In this document: positions 49,134 through 59,593 of the stretch, one piece after another
How positions within the stretch are numbered: the first letter of the stretch is position 1
Layout: every line of letters begins with the position of its first letter
From: a virus
Lineage: Duplodnaviria; Caudoviricetes
Virus record (IMG/VR): IMGVR_UViG_3300037400_004242
Strand: one strand, 5' to 3'
DNA length: 64,000 nucleotides
The notes under the pieces: model-generated
What the model saw: the letters and a program-made list of their open reading frames with translations, nothing else
Told to the model about the DNA's origin: nothing
The model's database searches: none
Translations under genes and position numbers: made by a program

Positions 49134-49787
49134 TTGTTAGAAACAAAAGAAAAGCAAGAAGACTTTGATGCAGTTCCTCCATTTGAACCATTATATGAGT
49201 ATGTAAAAACGGATAAAAATAAAGTATGGTTTTTATATCAAGAAAAAATATTGAGACTTGTAGGATGGCTAGGGTGGATGAAAAACTTTAGCAAAGATGA
49301 GTTACTTCAGCAGTCATATATATACTTTGTAAGTTTATGTGATGCATATGACCCGTATTATGATGGTAAGTTTTTTAAATTTGATAGATACTTATTTAAA
49401 AATTTGATTATAAAATTAAGAGCTTATATCCAACGATATTATTTTAAAGGAAATCGTGAAAAGCCATCAGATTGTGATTATTTATTACAGAATCAAGTAG
49501 TTGATAACATTGGAACAAGTGAAAGCGAAATGTATGTAGAATATATATTTAGCTTATTAGAAGGAAGAGAAAAAGATGTTATTCGATTAACATTAGAAGG
49601 ATATAAACAGCAAGAAATAGGAAAGAAATTAAAGATTAGCCAAAGTCGTGTATCAGTTATTAAGAAACAAGCGTTAAAAGAACTTTATATGATATTGGAT
49701 GAAAAACACACAGAAGATGAAAAGAGAGAACTTCATATTGAAGAAATTAAAGCATATCTTTATGATAAAGTTAACAACTCCAAGTAA
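49134..49787 (+). CDS. phage sigma-70-family RNA polymerase sigma factor
   Basis: Region 2-like DELLQQ...YDP...F..Y; region 4 HTH GYKQQEIGKKLKISQSRVS. Confidence 0.85.
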   Translation: MLETKEKQEDFDAVPPFEPLYEYVKTDKNKVWFLYQEKILRLVGWLGWMKNFSKDELLQQSYIYFVSLCDAYDPYYDGKFFKFDRYLFKNLIIKLRAYIQRYYFKGNREKPSDCDYLLQNQVVDNIGTSESEMYVEYIFSLLEGREKDVIRLTLEGYKQQEIGKKLKISQSRVSVIKKQALKELYMILDEKHTEDEKRELHIEEIKAYLYDKVNNSK

Positions 49788-49793
49788 GAAAGT

Positions 49794-49825
49794 AAAAGGC
49801 ACTATATAATGGTTAGTGCCTTTTA
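49794..49825 (+). terminator. intrinsic terminator
   Basis: AAAAGGCACTA/TAGTGCCTTTT. Confidence 0.7.
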
Positions 49826-49953
49826 TTATTAGGAATTTTGTAATAATAAGTTATTATTTGCTTATTTTTTTTGTAGGATTAGAGTCTATTCTGAACGGAA
49901 AATTTTTTTGTTTTTGGATTCAGAATTTTGATAAAATACGTGAGGTGACAAAT

Positions 49954-50568
49954 TTGATTAGGAGAGTTTCAGATGAAATTTTCGATGATAAAGCGTTTAC
50001 ACGAATTGCAGAGACGATGCATAAAAATAGCAGGAAGTTGTTCTCTGTGGTAAATTCTGAAACAGAAGCACAAAAAATTCAGAAAGATTTAAATGTGAAC
50101 GGTTATCAGTCAAATTATGAGAAAAAAGGAGAATATTATAATGTATATTATTCTCCGACAGTTCCGAAGTTTAAAGTTGATGAAAGTATTTTAAAGCAAT
50201 TTGAAAATATTGGGAATAATCAATATCGTGCTTTTGAAAAACCAAGTAAGATTGCAGGATTATATGATTATAATTTTGATGATGGTTCCATTTGGACTTT
50301 AAAAACATATGAAGATGGGCAACAGTATCTAGTGAAAGAAGTACAAGATGATGACGAAGATACTGTTATTCGTAAGAAAGCTACGAAAGCTGGATTACAA
50401 AAAGATGTTTTTACAAATAAGTTAAATGAAATTTTAAAGAAAAATCATATTGTTGTTACGTCTAAGTTATTGTCAGAGATAAAGAATCAAGTATTAGCAG
50501 ATATGTTAGATGATATATCTGTTCAAAAAAAGATTACAAGTTTTGCGACGAAGGAGATAAACAAATGA
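49954..50568 (+). CDS. hypothetical (putative head) protein
   Basis: TTG start after gaggtg, giving MIRRVSDE. Confidence 0.7.
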   Translation: MIRRVSDEIFDDKAFTRIAETMHKNSRKLFSVVNSETEAQKIQKDLNVNGYQSNYEKKGEYYNVYYSPTVPKFKVDESILKQFENIGNNQYRAFEKPSKIAGLYDYNFDDGSIWTLKTYEDGQQYLVKEVQDDDEDTVIRKKATKAGLQKDVFTNKLNEILKKNHIVVTSKLLSEIKNQVLADMLDDISVQKKITSFATKEINK

Positions 50569-51452
50569 TTGATTTACGAATGAAACCTGAAGTCCATAAG
50601 CAATATGACTATAATTTAGATTTAAATGAACGTGATGATGGAGATGTATTAGGCGATGCTTCTATGAACGATTATTTAAAAGGGTATCAAATCGAGCCAT
50701 ATGCTTTTCAACAATGGGCAAAGAAAAAGAACATTAATTTGAAGAAGGTAGCAGGACAAGAAATGATTAACATGCATTTCTATCCTGAATTTTTAGCAGA
50801 TTATATTTTAACGTTATGGAATGGTACAGATGGAGAACTTCAAGATTTTTATGAAGCATTTACCTTGCGTTATGATAATAAGCTAAAAAAAGATGTAGCA
50901 AAAGAAATTGCAAAATTAGGTTATAAAGTTTATCCTGTATTAGTAGATGATAGAGCATTTTATGCAAGTAAGAAACGTTTTGAAAAAGTTATGAAGAAAG
51001 CAAGCAAAAAAGACATTCATACAAAGATGAATCTTGCGAAGAAACTTTTCCAAAATAGTGAAGCATTAAAACTTTGTATGGGAGAAGTAAATGACATAGA
51101 AGAAATGGGACAGCAAGTTTCTTCTCGTCGTGTATCTGATTTGTTAGGATATTATAATGAGATTTTCCCTGAAGATTATGCATTATCATTGACAAAGAAT
51201 TTAGTGGATGATAAACTTACAGATAATAGCTTTGAACATTATCAGGATTTTGGAATTTCTGATGAAAGTTTAAAAAATATAGAACGTATGATGGATGGCA
51301 ATCAAGACCCATATGACGGACAAATGTATAATGGTGGAAATACAAGTTCAACAGACATGGGATATGATTATATTGCAGATATGCGTGGATTTGATGGTGT
51401 AAAACCTGAATTGTATGAAACTCCTGTTGTTCATGCTAAAAAAAAAGACTAA
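50565..51452 (+). CDS. hypothetical protein
   Basis: ATGA overlap; RBS aaggag. Confidence 0.75.
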   Translation: MIDLRMKPEVHKQYDYNLDLNERDDGDVLGDASMNDYLKGYQIEPYAFQQWAKKKNINLKKVAGQEMINMHFYPEFLADYILTLWNGTDGELQDFYEAFTLRYDNKLKKDVAKEIAKLGYKVYPVLVDDRAFYASKKRFEKVMKKASKKDIHTKMNLAKKLFQNSEALKLCMGEVNDIEEMGQQVSSRRVSDLLGYYNEIFPEDYALSLTKNLVDDKLTDNSFEHYQDFGISDESLKNIERMMDGNQDPYDGQMYNGGNTSSTDMGYDYIADMRGFDGVKPELYETPVVHAKKKD

Positions 51453-51493
51453 AAATAACTGCTGATGAAATTGGGAATATTCCTTTAAGTAAA

Positions 51494-51838
51494 GTGATGG
51501 ATGCAATTAATGAAGCAAGTACTAATGTAAGTACATTATTAAAACAAAAATTTGCAAATCCACCAGTTCCAATTCGTAGTATCCGAAAACAGAAAAATAA
51601 AGCAAAAAGTAATATTGATGATTTTTATACAGTAGTAAATGTTCCTGATGTATTGGATGTTTATGAGGTTTGGAAATTTACATTAGATAATCAGGAGTAT
51701 GATGAGGTTTTTGTAGTTATATCTGCACTTTGTACATTAGCAGGATATAAGAAAGCAAAGTGGTCAGATGTACAGTATCGTGGATTTTATAGTACGGTAG
51801 ATGAAGCAATTGATGAAATCTACGGGAATTTAGCATAA
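51494..51838 (+). CDS. hypothetical protein
   Basis: ORF within the operon. Confidence 0.65.
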   Translation: MMDAINEASTNVSTLLKQKFANPPVPIRSIRKQKNKAKSNIDDFYTVVNVPDVLDVYEVWKFTLDNQEYDEVFVVISALCTLAGYKKAKWSDVQYRGFYSTVDEAIDEIYGNLA

Positions 51839-51844
51839 AAAGGA

Positions 51845-54800
51845 GTGTGGAGTAAGTATATGAATGAAGTAGATGGGAAGTTGCTTACGAATCCTAAAGT
51901 AGATGTTCCACAATGGATAAACGATATTCAGTTTAATACTCCTGTAGAACGTAAAATGGACATTCAATTTGATAAGAATGTCATTAATCGTAAGCATGTA
52001 ATTGCTGAAAGAAATGAAGGAATGGCAAATGTTCGTGAATTAAAATATTCCTTTAATGATAAGCAATTACAAGTATTCGCTATGAATGAATTAGCAAAAT
52101 TTTTAAAAGATTATCGTTATACTGCGGAAGCAGAAGTTAGTAATAATAAAGCAAAGATTGTTGCTAATTTAGTTAATAATCCATTACAGTATACTTTTAA
52201 TTATGAAAGTGTAGATGGAAAGATTATTCCAAATAAAGTGTTTACAACGAAAGTTGCAGATATTGTAAATGAATATCCATATAGTAAAGCAGGATTGGAA
52301 GATTCTATTGAAGATAGCACAACAATAGATTTAAAGAACCCAACAAAAGTTAAAAAAGCCGCATATCAGTATACGGTTATGACAAGATACGAAATTTTAC
52401 AACGTTGCAATAATCGTTTGGAAGTTGCAAGAGATTTAATTAATCAGCATATTAAAGATGGAAATATTGTTGCAGTTGGCAGTAATGAATATGCTTCAAC
52501 GTATGATATGAATTATTTATTTCCTGACAAGAGAGAAAAATATGCCGGTGAAGAAAATCATACACTTGAATTTGTAAATAATAAAGTTGCAAAAGCAAGT
52601 TATGAAAATAAATCTGCAAATCGTTTGGCATTAGAAGCAAGTAATATTTTAAATCGCGTATTTAATGTATACAAAATCGTGAATGCAAGTAGGGATAATG
52701 ATAACTTGTTTATCACTTCTTATATTTCACATAATAATATGCGAGATAAATATAGTTTTATTTTTAATGTTGAAAATGAAAAGGTAGCAAAGTTACAGTA
52801 TATTGAGGACGAAAAAATGAATCGTTATACTGTAGCTCAATTATTACAAAAATTCGGAGCAGATGATAAAGATATTGTTTCTTATTTAAATAATTCTGAT
52901 AAGCAAATTAATGGTGGATATGTTTATTCAATGAAATCTATAAAAGCTAGACTTCGTAAATATATTTCTATGAATAATATTCAAAAGATGATGCAGAATT
53001 GGGAAACAAATCATGATGTTACAAAACTTAATTCTACAACATACGCTTCAAAAAAATCTTTGAATGAATTAGTTCGTGGATGTAAGTTCTTAAATCAAGA
53101 ACAAATTCAAAATATTCGTAAGGCTTCTGCAACATTTGGCGAAAATGAACATTTCTATAGTTATGAAACAAAAGATAATGATACAAGAAACCAAGAAGCA
53201 TTAAAGAAAATTGCAAATCAAAAAGAAATGATTTATAACAAAATTCATAAATATTTTAAGAATTTTGATGTAAAAATGTTAAGCACAGATAAATTTGTAA
53301 TTTCTTTTAAAAATGATAATCAGAAGAAACGTATTGTTTCTGCAAGATTAGATAATGAAAATATTATTTGTAAAGTTGGTAGCAAAGAATTTACACTTGA
53401 TAAATTATCGAATGTATTTAAGCGTAGTGCTTTGCTAGCTAGTTATATTACAGATGAAGATGAAGATATTTCACAAGAACATAAACTTGTAATTAGCAAA
53501 AAACAATTCGCAAATAAATTGAAAGATTATTTAACGAATGAACAAATTGATGAATTAATTAATCATTTAGTAGATAGTGGGAAGCTGATTCGTTTAAATT
53601 CCAAGGATTATGCAAGTGAATATACATTTAATTCTTTGCTGAATGAATATGTTGGAACAATTGATTCTTCTATTAAAGAAGATAATCTAGTAAAAGCAAA
53701 TCGTAATACGTTGAAAGAACTTGTTCGTCATTATATGATGGATAATGATACACGTACAGAAGTTGCTTTGTCTAATAAAGAACAAAAATATCAGAAAGCA
53801 TATAATGCGATTGGAAAATATTTGAGTGATTTTGATTTAAAAATGATAGACGATAATCATATGGTTATTGCTTTTAAATCAAAAGATAATAAGCAAAGAA
53901 AACTTTTTGCTGAATTTAATGGGAATAAAATTACATGTTCCGTTGGGAATAATAAAATTCAGTTAGAAAATTTAGTTAATCGTTTTAAGAATAGTGCTTT
54001 GTTGAGCGCATATTTAAAAGAAAATCATTCAGATGAACATTCTAACGTTATTTTATCTTCTCGTGATTTTTATACAAAATTGGAAGATATGTTAACGAAA
54101 GAAGAAATTAAGGATATGATAGATGGATTAATTCAGAATCATATTATGACAAAAATTTCTTCTAATTTATATGCAAGTAAAAATAGTTTTGAAGATATTC
54201 TTAGGAATAGTAATCTAAATGTATCTAAAACTTTAAAAGAAGAAAATTTAGAGAAAAAGAATAAAGTTGCAGACAAAGTTTTAGAGAAGGATTATGTAAA
54301 TGATAATGATACACGTAAAGCTGAAAAGAAATTAAGTACATCAGAGTTTAAATCTCAATTTAATTATGCTTTACCGAAACATTTAATTTGTAAATCATTT
54401 GGTAATATTAGTATTGATGATACGAGTGCGCATTGTACGGCTGAAATTTTTAATAAGAAAAATGGTATTTCAATTACTGCTAGTTTTGATATGGCTGTAA
54501 AAGATGGTATTATTAATACTGAAAATGAACAAAATTTAGATGAACTATTTAAACTTGCAACAATTAACAAAACATATAATAAGTATAATGATGATAAAAA
54601 AGAAGCACATGAAATTGTATTTTCAAAACGTGAACTAACTGCAAAATTAAATAAAATTGCGGACGCTAAAGATATTGATAATGCAATTAATGAATGGGTA
54701 GAACATCATTATATTGAACAATTAGATACAGATAAATTCGCAAGTAAATATAGCATTGATAAACTGCTTTCTATGAGTAATGTAAAGGCTTATCAAGATG

Positions 54801-55087
54801 ATGTTGTAAAAGAAAATTATAAACATGCCAAAGTAAGTGCAGAGTTTGTTCCAAAAGAATATCATGTACAAGATACGGATAGTAAGGATTTGAAAAATAT
54901 TTCTGATGGAAAAACGGACGAATATTTAAAATCTGTTAAATCTGAATTGCATGAAAAATTAAATCATTTGGTTCAGGCTTCAAAAATTACAAAGAACCGT
55001 GCAGGAAAGTTAGAACAGCGGATTCAAAATGCAGATAATTATTTACAATTAAATGAAGTTGATAAACAATTGAATAGGTACTGTTGA
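51845..55087 (+). CDS. large repeat protein, putative virion protein
   Basis: Five (Y/F)AS-containing repeats, with DNDTR motifs. Confidence 0.7.
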   Translation: MWSKYMNEVDGKLLTNPKVDVPQWINDIQFNTPVERKMDIQFDKNVINRKHVIAERNEGMANVRELKYSFNDKQLQVFAMNELAKFLKDYRYTAEAEVSNNKAKIVANLVNNPLQYTFNYESVDGKIIPNKVFTTKVADIVNEYPYSKAGLEDSIEDSTTIDLKNPTKVKKAAYQYTVMTRYEILQRCNNRLEVARDLINQHIKDGNIVAVGSNEYASTYDMNYLFPDKREKYAGEENHTLEFVNNKVAKASYENKSANRLALEASNILNRVFNVYKIVNASRDNDNLFITSYISHNNMRDKYSFIFNVENEKVAKLQYIEDEKMNRYTVAQLLQKFGADDKDIVSYLNNSDKQINGGYVYSMKSIKARLRKYISMNNIQKMMQNWETNHDVTKLNSTTYASKKSLNELVRGCKFLNQEQIQNIRKASATFGENEHFYSYETKDNDTRNQEALKKIANQKEMIYNKIHKYFKNFDVKMLSTDKFVISFKNDNQKKRIVSARLDNENIICKVGSKEFTLDKLSNVFKRSALLASYITDEDEDISQEHKLVISKKQFANKLKDYLTNEQIDELINHLVDSGKLIRLNSKDYASEYTFNSLLNEYVGTIDSSIKEDNLVKANRNTLKELVRHYMMDNDTRTEVALSNKEQKYQKAYNAIGKYLSDFDLKMIDDNHMVIAFKSKDNKQRKLFAEFNGNKITCSVGNNKIQLENLVNRFKNSALLSAYLKENHSDEHSNVILSSRDFYTKLEDMLTKEEIKDMIDGLIQNHIMTKISSNLYASKNSFEDILRNSNLNVSKTLKEENLEKKNKVADKVLEKDYVNDNDTRKAEKKLSTSEFKSQFNYALPKHLICKSFGNISIDDTSAHCTAEIFNKKNGISITASFDMAVKDGIINTENEQNLDELFKLATINKTYNKYNDDKKEAHEIVFSKRELTAKLNKIADAKDIDNAINEWVEHHYIEQLDTDKFASKYSIDKLLSMSNVKAYQDDVVKENYKHAKVSAEFVPKEYHVQDTDSKDLKNISDGKTDEYLKSVKSELHEKLNHLVQASKITKNRAGKLEQRIQNADNYLQLNEVDKQLNRYC

Positions 55088-55109
55088 ATCGAAGGATAAG
55101 GAGATTTAC

Positions 55110-55373
55110 ATGAAGCGATTAGTAAAATTATCCGAGATTGACGTTCAAAATTTGGAAAAAGAATATCGTAGAATGATAGAAGATAATGAAAAAGATTTTT
55201 ACGATAAAGGTAAGAAAAATTATGAACTTCAAACTCATGAGAATAATGATGCAAAAACGTTTCTTATTAATCCTCAAAACCTTATAGATTATGATAATGA
55301 CCAGATAGATACAAGCCCTCGCCCAGGTATTCCTGGTCCGTGGGCTTCATCTTTAAGGTGGATAGGAAGATAA
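55110..55373 (+). CDS. small protein starting MKRLV
   Basis: RBS aaggag. Confidence 0.7.
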   Translation: MKRLVKLSEIDVQNLEKEYRRMIEDNEKDFYDKGKKNYELQTHENNDAKTFLINPQNLIDYDNDQIDTSPRPGIPGPWASSLRWIGR

Positions 55374-55400
55374 AAACGTTATAAAAAAGGTGTTAATATT

Positions 55401-55766
55401 ATGAAACGTTTAGTTGCTAAGAATATGTATTCTAAACCAACAATGGAATTAAATGGCTTTATGACGGATGGTGGTATATATTATCAATATTCTGTTCGTC
55501 TGTTAAATAATAAGCCAATGTATTCTATTTTTGCATTAGATACATATGATACATCATCGTTATATGATGGTGAATCTTTTGAGGAATCTTTTGAATTTTT
55601 TTGCGAATTAGCTATGGCATTAAAAGGAATTAGATATGCAGAAGATTTTACAAGAGAAAAACAACTCATTCAAGATAAAATATCTACATTAAAAGAAAAA
55701 TCACAAGATATGACATTAAAGATGAAACCTTTGTCGTTAGGTGATTCTGAATTTATAAATGGATAA
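55401..55766 (+). CDS. small protein starting MKRLVA
   Basis: RBS aaggtg. Confidence 0.7.
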   Translation: MKRLVAKNMYSKPTMELNGFMTDGGIYYQYSVRLLNNKPMYSIFALDTYDTSSLYDGESFEESFEFFCELAMALKGIRYAEDFTREKQLIQDKISTLKEKSQDMTLKMKPLSLGDSEFING

Positions 55767-56868
55767 AGGGAGAAACTTTATGACAAAAAAAGAATTAGAA
55801 AAAAAATATTCTATTGAAAATATGATTCGTTCAAAAAATGATTTTTCTTTAGAAGTATACTTTGGAAATGTTTGTAACTATAATTGTTCATATTGTTTTG
55901 ATGCTTATACTAGAAAGCAACATTGGTCTAATTGGAACAAAGAACAAGCAGATAAATGTTTAAAATTTATAGATAGTGTTAAAACTTTATATGATGTTAA
56001 CATTTATGGTGGGGAACCTAGCTTATGGAAATATTGTTTATATTTTATAGATAATATTCGTTCAGATGTTCATGTGTCTATTATTACAAATGGTTCAAAT
56101 AAGAAATTTACAAAAGAAATTTGTGAATTGGCAAAGAAAAATAATCGACAATTGTTATATTGTATGTCTGTACATTATGAAAAATATTTAGAAGATAAAG
56201 AAGCATATATGGATAATTTGAAATATGTATATCATACAATTGAGCAATATAAAGATAATGTGGCATTAGAGTTTGTTTTGTTATTAGACCAAAAAAATAC
56301 ATATAAATATATGGATTTATTAAACCTTTTATTAAGAGAGGGGAATGAAAACACTTTTTCAGCCACACTTTCTTATATAAGAAGAACACAAGATGTAGAA
56401 GAATGTATAAAAAATTATTGTATGATACCAAAATTAGACAAAGATGTTCAAGAAAAAGCAAAGAAACTGTTTTCGTTAGATAGATTTAGAATTGCAGAAA
56501 AGAATTTGTTTTATCATCGAAAATGTCCACAATTTTATCATCATGCAGAAGTACAGTTTGATGGAAGATTATTATCAACAGATTGTAAACAAGGAAAATT
56601 ATCTAAAAAATCTATTTTTGATGATGATTTCGATTTAAAAGATGAACAATTTGTTTGTGAATGTTGTCAAAAACATGAAAAAAATAATTATTCATGTGAA
56701 AAAGTTCATGGAATGCTAAATAATTTTGATAATGTATTTGAATGGTTAAATAGTGATATTTTTGATGATACGATTGATGCTATGAATCAAGAAAGATTGC
56801 GTGTTTCCGAATGGGATGATGAAGATGAAGAAAAAAAGGTTAGTGAGCAATCCAATAACGCATCGTGA
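55759..56868 (+). CDS. radical SAM protein
   Basis: CNYNCSYC (CxxxCxxC), GGEP, ITNG, Cys-rich C-terminus. Confidence 0.9.
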   Translation: MDKGRNFMTKKELEKKYSIENMIRSKNDFSLEVYFGNVCNYNCSYCFDAYTRKQHWSNWNKEQADKCLKFIDSVKTLYDVNIYGGEPSLWKYCLYFIDNIRSDVHVSIITNGSNKKFTKEICELAKKNNRQLLYCMSVHYEKYLEDKEAYMDNLKYVYHTIEQYKDNVALEFVLLLDQKNTYKYMDLLNLLLREGNENTFSATLSYIRRTQDVEECIKNYCMIPKLDKDVQEKAKKLFSLDRFRIAEKNLFYHRKCPQFYHHAEVQFDGRLLSTDCKQGKLSKKSIFDDDFDLKDEQFVCECCQKHEKNNYSCEKVHGMLNNFDNVFEWLNSDIFDDTIDAMNQERLRVSEWDDEDEEKKVSEQSNNAS

Positions 56869-57016
56869 AATTCCTATGCAAATAGGATTAGAGAATAATA
56901 CATATGAAGATATGTTAATTCAAAATGGAGAAATTGAAGATAGTAAAAATACTCCTGAATATAAATTTGAGGAACCAATAGATAATAATGAATGGAGATT
57001 TTTAAGTAAAAAATAA
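56825..57016 (+). CDS. small protein starting MKKKRLVS
   Basis: Overlaps the 3' end of the radical SAM gene; shares the KRLV motif. Confidence 0.55.
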   Translation: MKKKRLVSNPITHREIPMQIGLENNTYEDMLIQNGEIEDSKNTPEYKFEEPIDNNEWRFLSKK

Positions 57017-57104
57017 TATATTATCTTTGTATTTATTTATTTCTTTAGTAGATTTGATAGTAATAATAACGAAAATTTTTATATAAAAAAGGTTGTGAAG
57101 GTTA

Positions 57105-59273
57105 ATGAAAATTGAAAAGAATAGTGGCTCTCTACCTACATGGTTGGATAATTTTGTTTGTAAATTTCAAACAAAAACAAAGATTGCTACAAAGAATGTT
57201 CAGAATCTTCCTCAGGTAAAATGGAAGAATGAAACATATTATGTTAATTTAACAGATGATGGCGCAGTACTTTACAATGACCAAGCAAATGAGGTTATGT
57301 CTTTAGATGGTGTAAAATCTATTGACCAAGTAAATGATGCTTTAAATAAAGATTCTATTGTAGCTTCAACAGATGGTAATGATTCTACAGATAGTCAATT
57401 TTCTAATGAGGATGAAGAAAAAACTGTAACATCTGATTTTACTATTGATACGGCAGGAACTGGTATTGCAGGTGAATCTGATATGCCAACTAGTGATGAA
57501 CCAAGTGGGAAGGACAAAGAACCAGAACCGATTTCAAATTCATCATTTGGTGTTGACGATAATGAAAAACAAGATTTAGCAAAAGATTCTGAATTTGAAA
57601 ATGAGCTTGAAAAAGTAGCAGGTTTAGAAGATGGTATGCCACAGCAAGAAGACGAATCTTCTGATGCTGGTCAAATGGCTCCTGAACAGACAGAGACAAC
57701 AGCTTCAGTAGATGGTATTAATGAAGGTGTTGAAGATGTTTCTGGTCAGCAACATGAATCTATTGATGACATTTCAGGAACACAGCATGAATCTATTGAA
57801 GAAGCAGGAACAGATAAATATCAGAATAATGCTAATAGTGTTCCCGATACAGATGTCAATCCTGATGAACTTGTAACAAAAGCAAGTTATAATCGACTTT
57901 TGGCAAAAGTAAAACAGCTTGAAAAGAAACTTTCTGCTATAGATAAAAAAGCCGAAGGATATGGTGGTGGAATTGGATTTGATGATATAATAGATGGGGC
58001 GGCTAATGCTATTAGTAGTGGTGCTAGTTCTCTTTGGAATGCCGCAACTGGAGCATCGCAAGGCGATGATATTGATTATGGTGGCCAGCAAGATTTAGGT
58101 GGTAGTTCTCCAGTTGGTGAAGAAGGTGCATTAAAATCTAAAAAAGATGTAAAATGCAAACAGCGTTTAATATCATCTGTAGATAAAAAAGCTGGAGATT
58201 ATGATGGCAATGGAATTGGATTTGGAGATATAGCAAATGGGATTAGTAATGCATGGGATACTGCTTCTGGTGCTGTTGAAGATGCTTTTGATTGGGCACA
58301 ACAACAATCACAAGGTGAAAATGGCACATTTGATGCAAGAGATTCAAAAAAAGATGTAAAATGCAAACATCGTTTAATTGCTATTGCAGATGATTCCGCA
58401 TTAAAGAGCTTTGAACAATTAAATAAAGAAAGTATTCCAGATACAGATGATTATTCAATTGATGACAAAGTTAATAATTCTCGCGGTATAGATGTTGGCA
58501 GTGTTAATAATAAAAAAAAACATTTAATTGCTGATATACCAGAAGGTGGAATGAATTTAACAGATTTACCTGGGTATAGTGATGCAGTACAAGATGTTGA
58601 TATGAATGGTAGAGAAGAACCGCCATCATCAACAATGTCAGATGACCCAGATAGTAACGACTTACATAATGTAGAGCAGTTTGGTGGAATATTTGGCAAG
58701 AAAAATAATAAGACTGCTTTTACAGAAGCACAACATGCATATACAGCTCCAGAAAATGATGCATATGATTTAAATAGTCAGGATGAAGAAGTAAAGCATT
58801 TTAATGATTCTGCAAATCAGACGCAAAAAGTATTAGATAAAGAACATGCACTTGATTTATCAAATATGAATGATAGAGCAAAATTAAATGAATATTTTTT
58901 GTTAGATTTAGATAACGATATTGATGATATGGTGTTGGATGATGAAGAAATTGTTCCTGATGAAACAGTTAAAGAATTAACGACAGAAGAACTTCCACAA
59001 GAAGAAATAGTTGAAGAAGATAGTCCTGCTGTTGAAGAAATTGAAATTCCAGTTGCAGAAGATATTCCTGTAATCGAAGATGAAAATCCAACAATTTTAG
59101 TGTTAGATAATCCTGAATCTATTGAGGAATTTGAAAATCAGACTTGTCCAATTTGTCATCAGCAAAAATCTTTAGCTGGTGTACAAAATGCAGGTGACTA
59201 TATTGGTGTTGTTTGCAATCATTGTGGTCAGGAATATGCAGTTGGAAATGATAAAATTTTTGTAAGAAAATAA
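57105..59273 (+). CDS. very acidic low-complexity protein with C-terminal Zn ribbon (putative head/scaffold)
   Basis: D/E-rich, internal duplications, CPIC...CNHC. Confidence 0.65.
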   Translation: MKIEKNSGSLPTWLDNFVCKFQTKTKIATKNVQNLPQVKWKNETYYVNLTDDGAVLYNDQANEVMSLDGVKSIDQVNDALNKDSIVASTDGNDSTDSQFSNEDEEKTVTSDFTIDTAGTGIAGESDMPTSDEPSGKDKEPEPISNSSFGVDDNEKQDLAKDSEFENELEKVAGLEDGMPQQEDESSDAGQMAPEQTETTASVDGINEGVEDVSGQQHESIDDISGTQHESIEEAGTDKYQNNANSVPDTDVNPDELVTKASYNRLLAKVKQLEKKLSAIDKKAEGYGGGIGFDDIIDGAANAISSGASSLWNAATGASQGDDIDYGGQQDLGGSSPVGEEGALKSKKDVKCKQRLISSVDKKAGDYDGNGIGFGDIANGISNAWDTASGAVEDAFDWAQQQSQGENGTFDARDSKKDVKCKHRLIAIADDSALKSFEQLNKESIPDTDDYSIDDKVNNSRGIDVGSVNNKKKHLIADIPEGGMNLTDLPGYSDAVQDVDMNGREEPPSSTMSDDPDSNDLHNVEQFGGIFGKKNNKTAFTEAQHAYTAPENDAYDLNSQDEEVKHFNDSANQTQKVLDKEHALDLSNMNDRAKLNEYFLLDLDNDIDDMVLDDEEIVPDETVKELTTEELPQEEIVEEDSPAVEEIEIPVAEDIPVIEDENPTILVLDNPESIEEFENQTCPICHQQKSLAGVQNAGDYIGVVCNHCGQEYAVGNDKIFVRK

Positions 59274-59277
59274 GGGG

Positions 59278-59586
59278 TTGAAGAACCATATGAATAATGA
59301 TATTAATTTAATTCATGGTCGTAGTATTTGTGCTATGATAAATGATAATACGTCTGTAAAAGAAATGTTACAGATGATGGGTGTAGACCCAACAGATGAA
59401 ATGGTAAATGATGCTATGAATTATTTTGCATTAAACGGAAACGCTGTTACAATGGAAACTCTTTCTGATTTCTTAAAAGAAAAAGGTGTTTTTGGTGGAG
59501 AAGTAAAGGCTGAAGCTGATATTCCTGAAACAGAAGCAGTTGATAAAGAAGCACCAACGATTGCAACAGTCGTAGATGTTCGATAA
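59278..59586 (+). CDS. hypothetical protein
   Basis: ORF within the operon. Confidence 0.65.
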   Translation: MKNHMNNDINLIHGRSICAMINDNTSVKEMLQMMGVDPTDEMVNDAMNYFALNGNAVTMETLSDFLKEKGVFGGEVKAEADIPETEAVDKEAPTIATVVDVR

Positions 59587-59593
59587 TTTATAC

